Made by a program: the position numbers and the translations under genes. From the IMG/VR virus record IMGVR_UViG_3300020045_009140, positions 1 through 31,551 of that record: a stretch of DNA of 31,551 nt. One strand, given 5' to 3'. Below are positions 7,703 through 17,341 of the stretch, one piece after another. Origin of the DNA: a virus. Taxonomy: Duplodnaviria > Caudoviricetes. Position 1 is the stretch's first letter. Each line of letters starts with the position of its first letter. The notes under the pieces were generated by a model that was given only the letters and a program-made list of their open reading frames with translations, was not told the origin of the DNA and made no database searches.

Positions 7703-9436
7703 TTATTCTCCTAGTATTAAAATATTTTCTTTGGGAACTGTGAATTTCACCTTACCAATGTCAGTATCGAACCATTTATATATTTCATCTTGTGAAGTCA
7801 ATAAAATGCCTTTATTATCGTAGGTGGTAACTAACCACTGACCGATAAGACGATAAGCATATACTGTTCGAGATTTCATCCGGGTTGCATTACCATCGAT
7901 TAATAATTTCAGCGATGCTCCGGCGGTATTATTGCTCATGGTCAGATGTATATCCAATAACACATCACTACTGTTATCCATTTTCGTTATGTATATATTT
8001 TTTATGAACTGTTTGAAAATAGAAATGATGTCTGATCTGGATGTTGTTATATTTTTTAAATAATTTTCATCATTTTTAGCATTATTTATTTTTGATAATA
8101 AACTTTTTTGCTCATTTATTTGTTTACTAATTAGGTCGATTCGTTCATTAATGGTATCAACTTCTTTGGTTATATTTTCACTTCTCTGATTGTAGGTCAT
8201 TATAGTCATGCTACTATTTTCATATAAGTCCAATAGTTTCATTTCTTTGTTCTGTTGTTTTTTCAATAGCGATGTGTCCATTGATAATTGTTTATTTAAA
8301 TTATCCAATTCCATCTTTACACTAGATTTCATTTCATCGGTTTTGTCTAAAAATTTTAATAATACTTCGGTGCCAATAAGCATGTCATATATTACGCTGT
8401 CTAAATAAGTGATGTTCACTCCGGGGTTCCCACAATTACCACCTTTACTTAATCGGGAACTACAGATATATACCTTATCACCACCAACAACCGGTTTATA
8501 TTTCGCGAAAAAGTTCCTCCCACAAATACCACAAGTAATTAAATCTTTAAGCAAATAATCATATTTTGTGATGTGATTCGCATGTGTTTTTGTTTTTCGT
8601 ATGCTCATGCATTTGTCGAAAATTTCATCTGATATAATTACTGGTGCTTCGAGTATTTGGCCTTTAAATCTTCTTTGACCTTTGTATATCGTATTTTTTA
8701 AAATTTCATCAACTGTCTTATCTACCCAAATAATTTCATCAGCTGTTTTTTCGGTTGTAAATTTCATCAATTGCGTCCCAAACGATTTATTAATTCTGGT
8801 GGGTATCTTTTTTTCATTTAAATATCCAGCTATTTTTTTGAAGCCATTCCCATTTATATACATGTCAAAAATTTCTTTAATTATGATAGACTCCTCATCA
8901 TCAATAACTAATTGTTTATTTTCTAACTTCGTATAACCATACGGTAAATATTTACCGGCACCAGCGCGGCCGGATTTTGCCGATTGTAAAAGACCAGATT
9001 TCGTTCTTTTTTTCATTGTTTTGCTCTCAGAATCAGCGAATTCCATGAGGACCTGAAGGATGATATTCATGATGGAATCGCGTTCCAAATTTTCATCTAA
9101 CGTTTGCCGGTTAATCGAGGTGATATATATAGGTATCTTTTTTTCAGTCAGATTATCAATTAAATTTCTGGTTGCTTTGGGGTCTCTTCCAAGCCGTGAA
9201 ATCTCGGTGATATAAATTGCGTCAAAATAATTAGGATCTGCATCAATTATTTCTAACATCTTGGATAATTGCGGTCGGTGTTCATTTGGCTTATATCCGC
9301 TTATTTGTTCAGCGAAAATTTCAATATCATCATTACTGTATCTATCACCAATTGCGGTTTTGCAATCGCTTATTTGCCTAGTATAATCCTGCTTGTCGAT
9401 TGTTGATACCCTTGCATATATGCACACTTTTGTCAT
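7703..9436 (-). CDS. int: Large serine integrase
   Basis: YARVST, EISRLGR, PYGY, recombinase domain (ILKNTIYKG), zinc ribbon CGICG...YICS...C, coiled coil. Confidence 0.95.
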   Translation of the reverse strand: MTKVCIYARVSTIDKQDYTRQISDCKTAIGDRYSNDDIEIFAEQISGYKPNEHRPQLSKMLEIIDADPNYFDAIYITEISRLGRDPKATRNLIDNLTEKKIPIYITSINRQTLDENLERDSIMNIILQVLMEFADSESKTMKKRTKSGLLQSAKSGRAGAGKYLPYGYTKLENKQLVIDDEESIIIKEIFDMYINGNGFKKIAGYLNEKKIPTRINKSFGTQLMKFTTEKTADEIIWVDKTVDEILKNTIYKGQRRFKGQILEAPVIISDEIFDKCMSIRKTKTHANHITKYDYLLKDLITCGICGRNFFAKYKPVVGGDKVYICSSRLSKGGNCGNPGVNITYLDSVIYDMLIGTEVLLKFLDKTDEMKSSVKMELDNLNKQLSMDTSLLKKQQNKEMKLLDLYENSSMTIMTYNQRSENITKEVDTINERIDLISKQINEQKSLLSKINNAKNDENYLKNITTSRSDIISIFKQFIKNIYITKMDNSSDVLLDIHLTMSNNTAGASLKLLIDGNATRMKSRTVYAYRLIGQWLVTTYDNKGILLTSQDEIYKWFDTDIGKVKFTVPKENILILGE

Positions 9437-9457
9437 GATTGTAGTTTTTAATTATAA

Positions 9458-9488
9458 CAAAGATACACCACATATTTTAAGTAAACAA
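9458..9488 (-). promoter_or_regulatory. Integrase promoter overlapping the attP arm
   Basis: TTG(9486-9488)-N20-TATCTTTG(9458-9465). Confidence 0.7.
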
Positions 9489-9520
9489 CATTTGTCGCTT
9501 TCTTATTATGTGTGGTGTAT
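9463..9520. other. Candidate attP site
   Basis: 28-bp arms with 22/28 dyad identity (outer 10 bp ATACACCACA perfect) around central TT at 9491-9492, 26 bp upstream of int. Confidence 0.75.
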
Positions 9521-9567
9521 ATAAAGTGCTGTAAAACAGATATTTAATTTACAATTATTTATGAAAT

Positions 9568-10086
9568 TTAAATATTTACAAACGTAGAGCCGGCAATATA
9601 ATCTTTTTTATTGTGTTTTTCTAGCAATTTTTGCCATGTGTTCCCGAATGTTTTCTCGAAATGTGGTGCATCATATATTGTCCTAAAATCACCACCCCAC
9701 ACATATCCAATTTTTTTAAAATGCCTAACTACTTCCATCCAATCAGCGTCACCATCAGCATCACCATCTTTTTTAATATCCCATGATAATTTTTCGAAAT
9801 TACCATCATGATTTAAATCGTAAAACATAGCAAAGTCGAAAGCTAGTCCATAATTATGCATTGATTGGCCGCCTTTGCTTTTAGTCACTACATTACCCGG
9901 GGCGGTCCTGCCTTGTGCAAATAATGCATTTTGCTCTATGATGGTGCGTAGACCTTGTGTAATTTCAAATCGAACCCCTTTACCTAATAAATACTTATTA
10001 ATATATAGGTAAGCCTTTAATATTTCTTCTTTAATTTTCGGATGTAATTTACTGATCCGCTCTAGTGATTTTTCCTTTGGTGTCAT
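9568..10086 (-). CDS. Endolysin, M15 family (L-Ala-D-Glu peptidase-like)
   Basis: GLRT..EQ..L..QGRT, SMHNYGLAFD, WGGDF..DAPHFE zinc-peptidase motifs. Confidence 0.92.
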   Translation of the reverse strand: MTPKEKSLERISKLHPKIKEEILKAYLYINKYLLGKGVRFEITQGLRTIIEQNALFAQGRTAPGNVVTKSKGGQSMHNYGLAFDFAMFYDLNHDGNFEKLSWDIKKDGDADGDADWMEVVRHFKKIGYVWGGDFRTIYDAPHFEKTFGNTWQKLLEKHNKKDYIAGSTFVNI

Positions 10087-10112
10087 TATTAATTTATAAA
10101 TTTCTCTATATA

Positions 10113-10679
10113 TTAAAATTTACTGACCCCAAAATGTGCAGGAATTTCCACCGACCATGACCAAAGTTTACCACCACATTTGGGATAGTCACCCATGAAA
10201 TCCAACCTGTTCATCAAAAATCCACATACTCGATTACCTTCACCACCGTAGGATAGATGATATTGATTATCTCTAAGTAATTGGGCTAGTTTTTTTGGCT
10301 TGCATATAAAGAAATTTTGCTCATTATATTTTGGTAATATGTATACAAAGAAATCCGCCTCAGTAGCAAATACCCCGGATAATTCCTTGGAACATTTGAA
10401 CTCAAAAAATAAATTATCACTCGCATATTTATCTGTTTTAATTTCAAATGTGATGGTGCGTATAAGTATATCATTTTGGTACACCCCAAATTTTAAGTCA
10501 TATTTTTTTAACTCTTCTTTGGTGGTGCCATTGTTATATTCTATGAATTTTAATTCTTTGTTTTCGAGTTTTAAAACTTTATTAAAATTTTGAAGTATAA
10601 AGGCTATAGATTCTTTTTCGAAATGTTCTCCCCAGTTTTTGCAATCGGTGAATAATTTTGTGTCCATGTTTATTTTCAT
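10113..10679 (-). CDS. PD-(D/E)xK restriction-endonuclease-fold protein
   Basis: GEHFE...YDL...FEIKTD...NLFFE...SGVFATEAD pattern. Confidence 0.7.
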   Translation of the reverse strand: MKINMDTKLFTDCKNWGEHFEKESIAFILQNFNKVLKLENKELKFIEYNNGTTKEELKKYDLKFGVYQNDILIRTITFEIKTDKYASDNLFFEFKCSKELSGVFATEADFFVYILPKYNEQNFFICKPKKLAQLLRDNQYHLSYGGEGNRVCGFLMNRLDFMGDYPKCGGKLWSWSVEIPAHFGVSKF

Positions 10680-10693
10680 TTTTTTTTATACAC

Positions 10694-10735
10694 TATATAT
10701 TTGTGTGAAAAAATGACTTTTTGTAGGGGTGGATT
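10694..10735 (-). promoter_or_regulatory. Phage motif class A, AATCCA-N28-AATATATA
   Basis: Direct reading; 14 nt upstream of ATG 10679. Confidence 0.62.
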
Positions 10736-10858
10736 TTTTATACAATATTAGTCTTAAGTCAGTTGAAAAATAAAAAGTAAGAAACGGACTCCAAATATTA
10801 TTTTTTGTTGTATATTTGCGATGTAAGAATTTAATATATACTTAAAGAAAAAAATATT

Positions 10859-11248
10859 ATGAAAAAAATACTGATGATTGCCTTATTCGCCGTGTTCGGA
10901 TGTTCAAATGATTCTGAGATTGAAACTACACCAACCGGTTATTATTACTTTTTCGAAACTTTTAGAATCGAAACTTTTTACCAAAACCCTGCGGATGGTT
11001 CATTTTCTTTGAAATATCCAAACGAAAAACTGGTTAAAAAAAGTGATGGGATTTATTATGTAAATGGTGGCAAAGTCATTAATTATGTACAAAGTTCAAC
11101 ACTGATTTCAAGTCAAAAAACGTTTATCCCGGGTGATTTTTTACATGACGAAATAAGAAATCGAGTTTATAAAATCGAACCGGATGTAAGTGGTGTTACC
11201 ACTACCTATATAACTTATCCCTACGGTGTCATACCGACAAGAAAATAA
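10859..11248 (+). CDS. Lipoprotein, moron-like
   Basis: MKKILMIALFAVFG-C signal peptide II followed by SNDSE; promoter box TATATTTG at 10811-10818. Confidence 0.85.
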   Translation: MKKILMIALFAVFGCSNDSEIETTPTGYYYFFETFRIETFYQNPADGSFSLKYPNEKLVKKSDGIYYVNGGKVINYVQSSTLISSQKTFIPGDFLHDEIRNRVYKIEPDVSGVTTTYITYPYGVIPTRK

Positions 11249-11279
11249 AAAAGGCCTCTAATAATTAGAGGCCTTTTTT
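11247..11279. terminator. Bidirectional intrinsic terminator
   Basis: AAAAAAGGCCTCTAA-taa-TTAGAGGCCTTTTTT between convergent genes. Confidence 0.9.
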
Positions 11280-11499
11280 ATTTTCGTTTATTTATTTCAT
11301 CCCGAATCACTATACAGTAATCGTACATCTCTTTTTGCACATAATATTCTAACATTTCAGCAAATAACATATCACTATAAAATGTGTATGGTTCGAGTTC
11401 CAACAACACTGCAAGGCCCCACGGTTCAACACATTTTTCTAAATTTTCCAAATCGATTTGGTGCAGATCATAATTGTTTACGTTCAGTTTTTTAGCCAT
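11278..11499 (-). CDS. Small protein with UvrB/UvrC-like C-terminal motif
   Basis: EYYVQKEMYDYCIVIRDEI resembles ExYExAAxIRDEI. Confidence 0.7.
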   Translation of the reverse strand: MAKKLNVNNYDLHQIDLENLEKCVEPWGLAVLLELEPYTFYSDMLFAEMLEYYVQKEMYDYCIVIRDEINKRK

Positions 11500-11508
11500 T
11501 TTTAGTGA

Positions 11509-11946
11509 TTATTTTTCATCGGTATCGATGATGTCATTGAGATCCTTTTTGAGGCTTTTTACTTTGGTGAAAAATTCTCTGAGAATTACCCAGAATGACC
11601 GGTGGCCCAATTTCATACTCGATTCATCAAGTGATTTTATTTCGATGTAACACCATAACATAGCCAACATTTTTGGTAGTAAATCTGGAATTCCAAGTGT
11701 TGCTCCCCCAAAAATAAAAATAGAAATAGTGTGTGCCAACATTATACTAAGCATGTAAAAAAATAGCTTAATCACAACGTTAAAAAACTTGTGCGATTTG
11801 AATGCTTTTTTTCCATTGAGCTTAATCGCTACGCGTATACCAACGGCGGTGTCAAGGAAGGTAAACCCCACCATGAGCCATAATAGGCCGGCAATAGGTG
11901 TAAAAAAAGTAGCAAATATGGTTAGTAATGTTATGCAGATTTTCAA
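11509..11946 (-). CDS. Holin
   Basis: 3-4 hydrophobic helices, DTAVG and EIKSLDE motifs, charged C-terminus; follows the tailspike. Confidence 0.82.
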   Translation of the reverse strand: MKICITLLTIFATFFTPIAGLLWLMVGFTFLDTAVGIRVAIKLNGKKAFKSHKFFNVVIKLFFYMLSIMLAHTISIFIFGGATLGIPDLLPKMLAMLWCYIEIKSLDESSMKLGHRSFWVILREFFTKVKSLKKDLNDIIDTDEK

Positions 11947-11961
11947 TTTTAAAGGTTAATT

Positions 11962-14649
11962 TTAATTAACAGATGCCCAAGCGATGTACATACCTACTGC
12001 ACGCCCAACTTCTAAATAAAAGTTATTATTACCATGAAAAGGATCTCCTTGTGTTCTCATTTCCTGTGTTAGATTACCATTTGAATACAAATTAGTAGTA
12101 TTCAAATATTCAAATTGGTTAATTCTATCACTGTGAATTTGAGTCGAAAGGACTTTTACATTAGATTTTCCCAAAGTAGATACCATTAAGTTTAAATTAA
12201 TCAGGTAAGGTATATATTTTGCTAAAAAATTTTCACCATTTGTCCCAGCTCCAAAAGCAGCGGAAGGCATAACACCGATCTGTATTGTTGGAAAAACTGT
12301 TGTAACTTGAATCAATAATTCAGGTATGAATTTCTGTAAATCTATTAATCCATACGTATTATTATTAATGTCATTAATTCCTAATTGAACTGTCATTACA
12401 TCTAAATTTGTAATGAGTCTTTCAGAACAATATTGCGAAAAGCTAAATATGTAAAAATCCCTTGTAAGCTTATCCTCTCCGGCATAATCTGCATAGGATG
12501 TTTCCGCTGAAACACCACCGGATGTAAAAGTATAACAAAAGGTAGGTTTATTTAATTTATCCGTACCAGTAGCAAGAAACATAAATCTATTTGGTGTTCC
12601 GGGTGGTGGTGAAGAAATTAAATGTGGATAAATAACCGTACTACCGACCAATGTTCGTTTACCAAATAAAGTATCAGAACCCCAACCGTCAGTTGCTTCA
12701 CATGAGGTGCCTAAATCGTCAGTCATACCTCCTTTATAATTTCCAGTTATACCAAAATTTGATATATATTTTCTCGTATAAGTGGCTAGACCATTATTGG
12801 TAGTACTTCCTCCTATCATCATTATATCCTTAGTTGTCCCGACCAACACAGATGAAGAAACTTTATTAATATTTACATTACTTACACCATATAAATAATC
12901 TATACCATTATCTTTCAACACAATAGGGTCTTTATCAAAAATGCAAACTAAATCGATTGTATTAGATTTAATTGTATTTGTATTTATTAGTAGTTTTTCG
13001 TCGAAATAATGATACGTGGGTGTGAGGGAATAATCAATATTTGTAAACGATTTTTTAGCAGTAGAGTCTTTCGAAATCATGCACAGTCTTTTTACTTTAG
13101 AATTATTTGTTAATGAGCGTCTATATATTGGCAAATCTTGACCTTCTATTAAAAATAAATCCTTTCCTAAGTATAGTGATTTTTCCGATTTGGTAACTTT
13201 CTCAGATTTTACGGCATATTTCGAATAGTAAATAAATTCTGGAATCACAGAATTTAAAACCGCAAAAATAATTCGGTGAGCATTAATAGGTATTACGATG
13301 TCGATATATGCGCCACTAGATAATACGTCAGATGGGGTATCTCTCAGTGTTCTTCCTGTCAAATATTTACCATTAACGTCAACAAATACATATCCATCGT
13401 TCGCACCACCTATAATAGCTGGAATAGTTATTATTGAATATAATGGTATTAAAATTGTGTCTATTGTATAATTTTTTGTTGAAGTCACCAAGTTTATTGA
13501 GTTAAAATTCACTGTGGTGTCTGGCGTTTTTGTCAATGTCGAAAATATAACTGATAATTCCCGATTAGATTTGACAATATCTGATATTATATTTCTGTCC
13601 CTATCGATTGATGACTTATTATATGAAGTACTTGCTTCTGATGCGTTTATTTTAAGAAATCTTAATAATACACCATCCATTATCTTAGTCCCGTTATCAT
13701 AAAGTAAAACTGCTTGTGTGGTCCTATCGATTACATTTGAAAAAACCACCAAAAGACTAGACGTAGTGTAATCAAATACCAATGTTTTAGCAGAACTCCC
13801 AACTCCTAAGTTAAAATTTGTATCACTTAAAAATGTTATACTTTTGAAATATTTACCCATACGCACCTCCAAAATACCAGCTGAAAAGGTTATATCACGT
13901 ATACCATAAATAACTTCTGGACATTTAGTGATTACGGTATCATTCATAATAGATTCGTTATTATATCCAAATAAACGCTCTACCCACTTAGTACTTGTTC
14001 CGGGTACATCACCCGCAACTGTTGCCGCATTTGACACCCAATCTTTCCCTATATAATTAACATGTGAATCGACAAGATATGTAGTAGCTATCCAAGTTTT
14101 TATTTTTCCGGCATCTGTATTTAATGAATAATTAGCAAATTTATCATTCAAGATTTTCCCTTGTGCGGCTGATAATGGTACTACTGTAGATGTAGATGTT
14201 AGTGTATTATTAATATCAACTATTTTAGCATATTCTGTTAAATTCAATGTCGTTTGCGACATTGAAAATACTCCGGCATCACTTCGTGAAATAACCGCGA
14301 ATGAGTTAGCAGCAACAACCACACCGCCAAAGTTAGTATAGGTTCCATTTTGAGTTGCTAACCAATAGCTTTTACCAGTTCCGGTTGGTGTTGATGTTGG
14401 CACGACGGAACCCAAAAATGGTGCTCCTTGTATATTAGCGGTTGCCCAATCAACCATACCTTTAACCGTCGGATATTTTACGGTAGATGTTAGATTACCG
14501 GTTATATCACCCGTTTTATTTGCTACAGATTCTTTAAGTAAAAAAGTGGCAATTATTTCGGCTGTATTTGAATTTATTCCGTCAAATGCATTTCTTAATT
14601 TGTCTCCTGTACCATCGTTAAAATTTGCTCCGGTGTTAAATACTATCAT
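11962..14649 (-). CDS. Receptor-binding tailspike with C-terminal SGNH hydrolase
   Basis: N-terminal NDGTGDKLRNAF (T4 gp9/gp10-like), fibre repeat LSAAQGKIL, SGNH blocks GGSTT / DGWGS / LGIND / DPFH. Confidence 0.8.
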   Translation of the reverse strand: MIVFNTGANFNDGTGDKLRNAFDGINSNTAEIIATFLLKESVANKTGDITGNLTSTVKYPTVKGMVDWATANIQGAPFLGSVVPTSTPTGTGKSYWLATQNGTYTNFGGVVVAANSFAVISRSDAGVFSMSQTTLNLTEYAKIVDINNTLTSTSTVVPLSAAQGKILNDKFANYSLNTDAGKIKTWIATTYLVDSHVNYIGKDWVSNAATVAGDVPGTSTKWVERLFGYNNESIMNDTVITKCPEVIYGIRDITFSAGILEVRMGKYFKSITFLSDTNFNLGVGSSAKTLVFDYTTSSLLVVFSNVIDRTTQAVLLYDNGTKIMDGVLLRFLKINASEASTSYNKSSIDRDRNIISDIVKSNRELSVIFSTLTKTPDTTVNFNSINLVTSTKNYTIDTILIPLYSIITIPAIIGGANDGYVFVDVNGKYLTGRTLRDTPSDVLSSGAYIDIVIPINAHRIIFAVLNSVIPEFIYYSKYAVKSEKVTKSEKSLYLGKDLFLIEGQDLPIYRRSLTNNSKVKRLCMISKDSTAKKSFTNIDYSLTPTYHYFDEKLLINTNTIKSNTIDLVCIFDKDPIVLKDNGIDYLYGVSNVNINKVSSSVLVGTTKDIMMIGGSTTNNGLATYTRKYISNFGITGNYKGGMTDDLGTSCEATDGWGSDTLFGKRTLVGSTVIYPHLISSPPPGTPNRFMFLATGTDKLNKPTFCYTFTSGGVSAETSYADYAGEDKLTRDFYIFSFSQYCSERLITNLDVMTVQLGINDINNNTYGLIDLQKFIPELLIQVTTVFPTIQIGVMPSAAFGAGTNGENFLAKYIPYLINLNLMVSTLGKSNVKVLSTQIHSDRINQFEYLNTTNLYSNGNLTQEMRTQGDPFHGNNNFYLEVGRAVGMYIAWASVN

Positions 14650-14749
14650 CTTTTTTCGTTTCTTTTTCTTTCTCGTTTTTTAAAAAATCGAGTAATTTTT
14701 GTAAGTCCGTTTGTTTAAACTTTCTCTTTTTTTTGCTCTCTTTAACCAT
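14636..14749 (-). CDS. Small basic peptide (37 aa, below track cutoff)
   Basis: MVKESKKKRKFKQTDLQKLLDFLKNEKEKETKKDDSI; TAATG-coupled to the upstream gene and fills the gap. Confidence 0.6.
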   Translation of the reverse strand: MVKESKKKRKFKQTDLQKLLDFLKNEKEKETKKDDSI

Positions 14750-15240
14750 TATAGACACCAGCTTAATTGAAAATTATTATCTGGTGCTCCACCATCACAA
14801 TTTTTATACTCCGGGATGTTTACACCTCGCATATAATCATAAAATTGCAGTTCGAAGTTGGCACCCATGTCCAAATAATATTTCGAAAGTCTTTCAATTG
14901 CTTTAAAATCAACAACCTGTGAATTTGCAGCAGTATGAGAAAATACACCGCCATTGCCAATAATGATTGAGTTTTTCATTACAAAATCCGCGGTGGTAAA
15001 CATCACTAACATAGCGGATACATGATCATCAAATATTTCTAAATAAGGTCCTGTAAGTGCGTTAGCGGTAAAATCATTTAAGATCTTAGCATATAAGGAT
15101 TGGCCCAAAATTCGTTTAATGTGGTTCACTTGTGCCATCCAGATGCTCGGTGTTATCTTATCATTGTCAACATTTCCAGATATTTGGGTGATGCGATTGA
15201 ATATATTATCACCTTTTTTTATTAATAAATTATCGTTCAT
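14749..15240 (-). CDS. Putative head-tail adaptor
   Basis: Coupled to the portal; ISGNVDNDKI...AQ..HI..ILG..LY..I pattern. Confidence 0.7.
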   Translation of the reverse strand: MNDNLLIKKGDNIFNRITQISGNVDNDKITPSIWMAQVNHIKRILGQSLYAKILNDFTANALTGPYLEIFDDHVSAMLVMFTTADFVMKNSIIIGNGGVFSHTAANSQVVDFKAIERLSKYYLDMGANFELQFYDYMRGVNIPEYKNCDGGAPDNNFQLSWCL

Positions 15241-16358
15241 TATTTCGTTTCTTTATTTTCATCTGCATCTGGGAAGTTTTCAAATTCCAGTTCAAATTCC
15301 GGCTCAGCAAATTTCAAAATGAACTCTAATCCTTCGATTATTTCCTCTCGTATTGGGTTAATATTTGATTGAAATAGATGCTTTAATGATGTAATTCTGT
15401 CTTCCGATGCACTGGCAAATCCAGAGGGTGATGGAATTCCAAAAAGTATTGGATTTGTCACTGAGTGTGCGATGAATAGTTTACGTTGTGCCTCCTCCGA
15501 GAAGTAAACCAGTTGTTGGTCCAGACCCTTAACCTGTAATGTTTGGACATCTATACCAGCTCCATCCTCACCCGAAGAAAAGCCAATAATGGTTTTGTTC
15601 GATTTTGACGATCCGGTTAATTCTTTGGTTAATTTATTCCTTATACCCTCTTGTACCGTTATCTCCGGTACGTTCCCTTTAATGGTAATAATGGTACCAG
15701 CTGAAAATCCATTATTCACATGTGAAATTGCAGAATTTGAAAGTTCCTCCTCCAGTTGGGCGTATTGTAAACCAGCGAGATAGTCGGGATTTGGGAAATA
15801 ATCCTCAGATGATACGCGGTTAATTGTTAACATTTCAACCGGGTGATTTTCAGCATAAATACCTGTAAATTTTTTATATAAAACTGGCTTATATTTTGAG
15901 GTATTTTCCCAATCGAATGAATACCAGTAACCATCAACATCACCATATTTGCTTAAATTTAACCCCAATTTAAATGTCGGAATGTATTTTATTTGGATAG
16001 GTTTTGGTTCGAGATTTAATAAATTTGAACCTTGTGACCAAATTACGGAAACTGAAAATTGTCCATAAATTTTAAAATCTTGACAAATTAATCTAAGGTC
16101 TTTTTTGCTGATATATTTTTTAAGATTACCACCTTTTTTTTCAATTAATCCAGCTGAAATAATATAAGATACATAAGAGTTAATTATTCCAGAATTGGTT
16201 GGTGAGCCTTTATATCGTTGACGTACATAATTAAAAAAACTGTTATTATCACCGTTCAATACCCACTTTCGCGAATGTGAAGGTGTGATATCTGGCAGTA
16301 CGTAGTTGTTGAGATTTATTATATGAACGTTGTCATTATGTGTGATTTTTTCATCCAT
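15240..16358 (-). CDS. Portal protein
   Basis: WVLNGDNN, SPTNSGII, YFPNPDY, NGFSAG, IAHSVTNPILFG; size and position fit. Confidence 0.85.
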   Translation of the reverse strand: MDEKITHNDNVHIINLNNYVLPDITPSHSRKWVLNGDNNSFFNYVRQRYKGSPTNSGIINSYVSYIISAGLIEKKGGNLKKYISKKDLRLICQDFKIYGQFSVSVIWSQGSNLLNLEPKPIQIKYIPTFKLGLNLSKYGDVDGYWYSFDWENTSKYKPVLYKKFTGIYAENHPVEMLTINRVSSEDYFPNPDYLAGLQYAQLEEELSNSAISHVNNGFSAGTIITIKGNVPEITVQEGIRNKLTKELTGSSKSNKTIIGFSSGEDGAGIDVQTLQVKGLDQQLVYFSEEAQRKLFIAHSVTNPILFGIPSPSGFASASEDRITSLKHLFQSNINPIREEIIEGLEFILKFAEPEFELEFENFPDADENKETK

Positions 16359-16678
16359 TAAAATTTTAAATTATTTTCATCTGAATTATGCATTTGATAA
16401 TTTTGGATGTCTTTATTCGTGTACATTATTTGCCCCATCCACATAATTCCTGCACTTGCACCCGTTAAAATCAACTCATATTTTTCATCCGGGATAGGCA
16501 CAAAATCAGTCAAATCAACATTCATTATACCGTTCAATATTTCACATGAAAATTCATGATATGATTCGTTATTGTCAGTTTTTGCGCGAATTGTTCCGTA
16601 AATCTCATAATCGAAATATCTTGGAATTAGCAAAACACTATATGTATTTTCGGCTGTGTTGTGTGTGATTATTTGCAT
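16358..16678 (-). CDS. Hypothetical structural protein
   Basis: Track ORF 16358..16726; ATG at 16678 preferred (follows AATATATA motif); LIPR motif. Confidence 0.65.
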   Translation of the reverse strand: MQIITHNTAENTYSVLLIPRYFDYEIYGTIRAKTDNNESYHEFSCEILNGIMNVDLTDFVPIPDEKYELILTGASAGIMWMGQIMYTNKDIQNYQMHNSDENNLKF

Positions 16679-16749
16679 AGTGTATATATTTAAAATGACC
16701 CATCCCGTATATCCAGAATGGGTCATTTAGTGTATTTTTTTGTAAGATA

Positions 16750-17280
16750 TTACTGAACCATGTAAACATCTGAAACTAGTCCTTCATAAGCGGTTACTGC
16801 TGCTGATGCTAAATATGGAATCAAATCGCGCTCAATTGATGCGAACGATAATGAGAACCCACTCATGTCCTTTCTGGCTTTCCCGGTTGCTAATTTCAAT
16901 GAGGTCGACTGCATTCCGAACTCAACACCAGCTAATAAAATACTACCATCATAAAGCTCGATATAAGCATGTATCGGTGATGCTGCTAATAGTCGCAATT
17001 GGTCTCTCATTGGCTTACTAAGTACTGGTAAATCAACCACTAACACTCCACTAACAACTGATGTATTTGTTGCCAAATCAGTTTCTTGTGTTTCTTCATA
17101 ACTAACAGAATCGTTTTTATCCAATTCAAATTTGAAGATTACATTTGTTCCTATGCCACTGACGTCACCAGCGGTTAGAACTATATTTTTATTGTATTCC
17201 GCAAATCCAATTGAACGAACCCCGGAAAAACTATTTGCACAAGGCACTGAGTACCCGGCTGTTATAAATTCACATGCCAT
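16750..17280 (-). CDS. Major tail tube protein
   Basis: MAC....G...PC....G N-terminus, TG....D.SGF.L.F C-terminus; follows the capsid gene. Confidence 0.7.
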   Translation of the reverse strand: MACEFITAGYSVPCANSFSGVRSIGFAEYNKNIVLTAGDVSGIGTNVIFKFELDKNDSVSYEETQETDLATNTSVVSGVLVVDLPVLSKPMRDQLRLLAASPIHAYIELYDGSILLAGVEFGMQSTSLKLATGKARKDMSGFSLSFASIERDLIPYLASAAVTAYEGLVSDVYMVQ

Positions 17281-17301
17281 TTAGTTTTTAATTATTTTTA
17301 T

Positions 17302-17327
17302 AAAAAAAGGTGGTGATTAAGCCACCC
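17302..17327 (-). terminator. Terminator after major capsid gene
   Basis: GGGTGG-cttaatca-CCACCTTTTTTT on the minus strand. Confidence 0.75.
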
Positions 17328-17341
17328 ATTTTTCTCTATTT

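Noticed and set aside
11962-14649. Diversity-generating retroelement or invertible tail-fibre cassette
   Set aside because: No reverse transcriptase, template repeat or alternative fibre ends seen.
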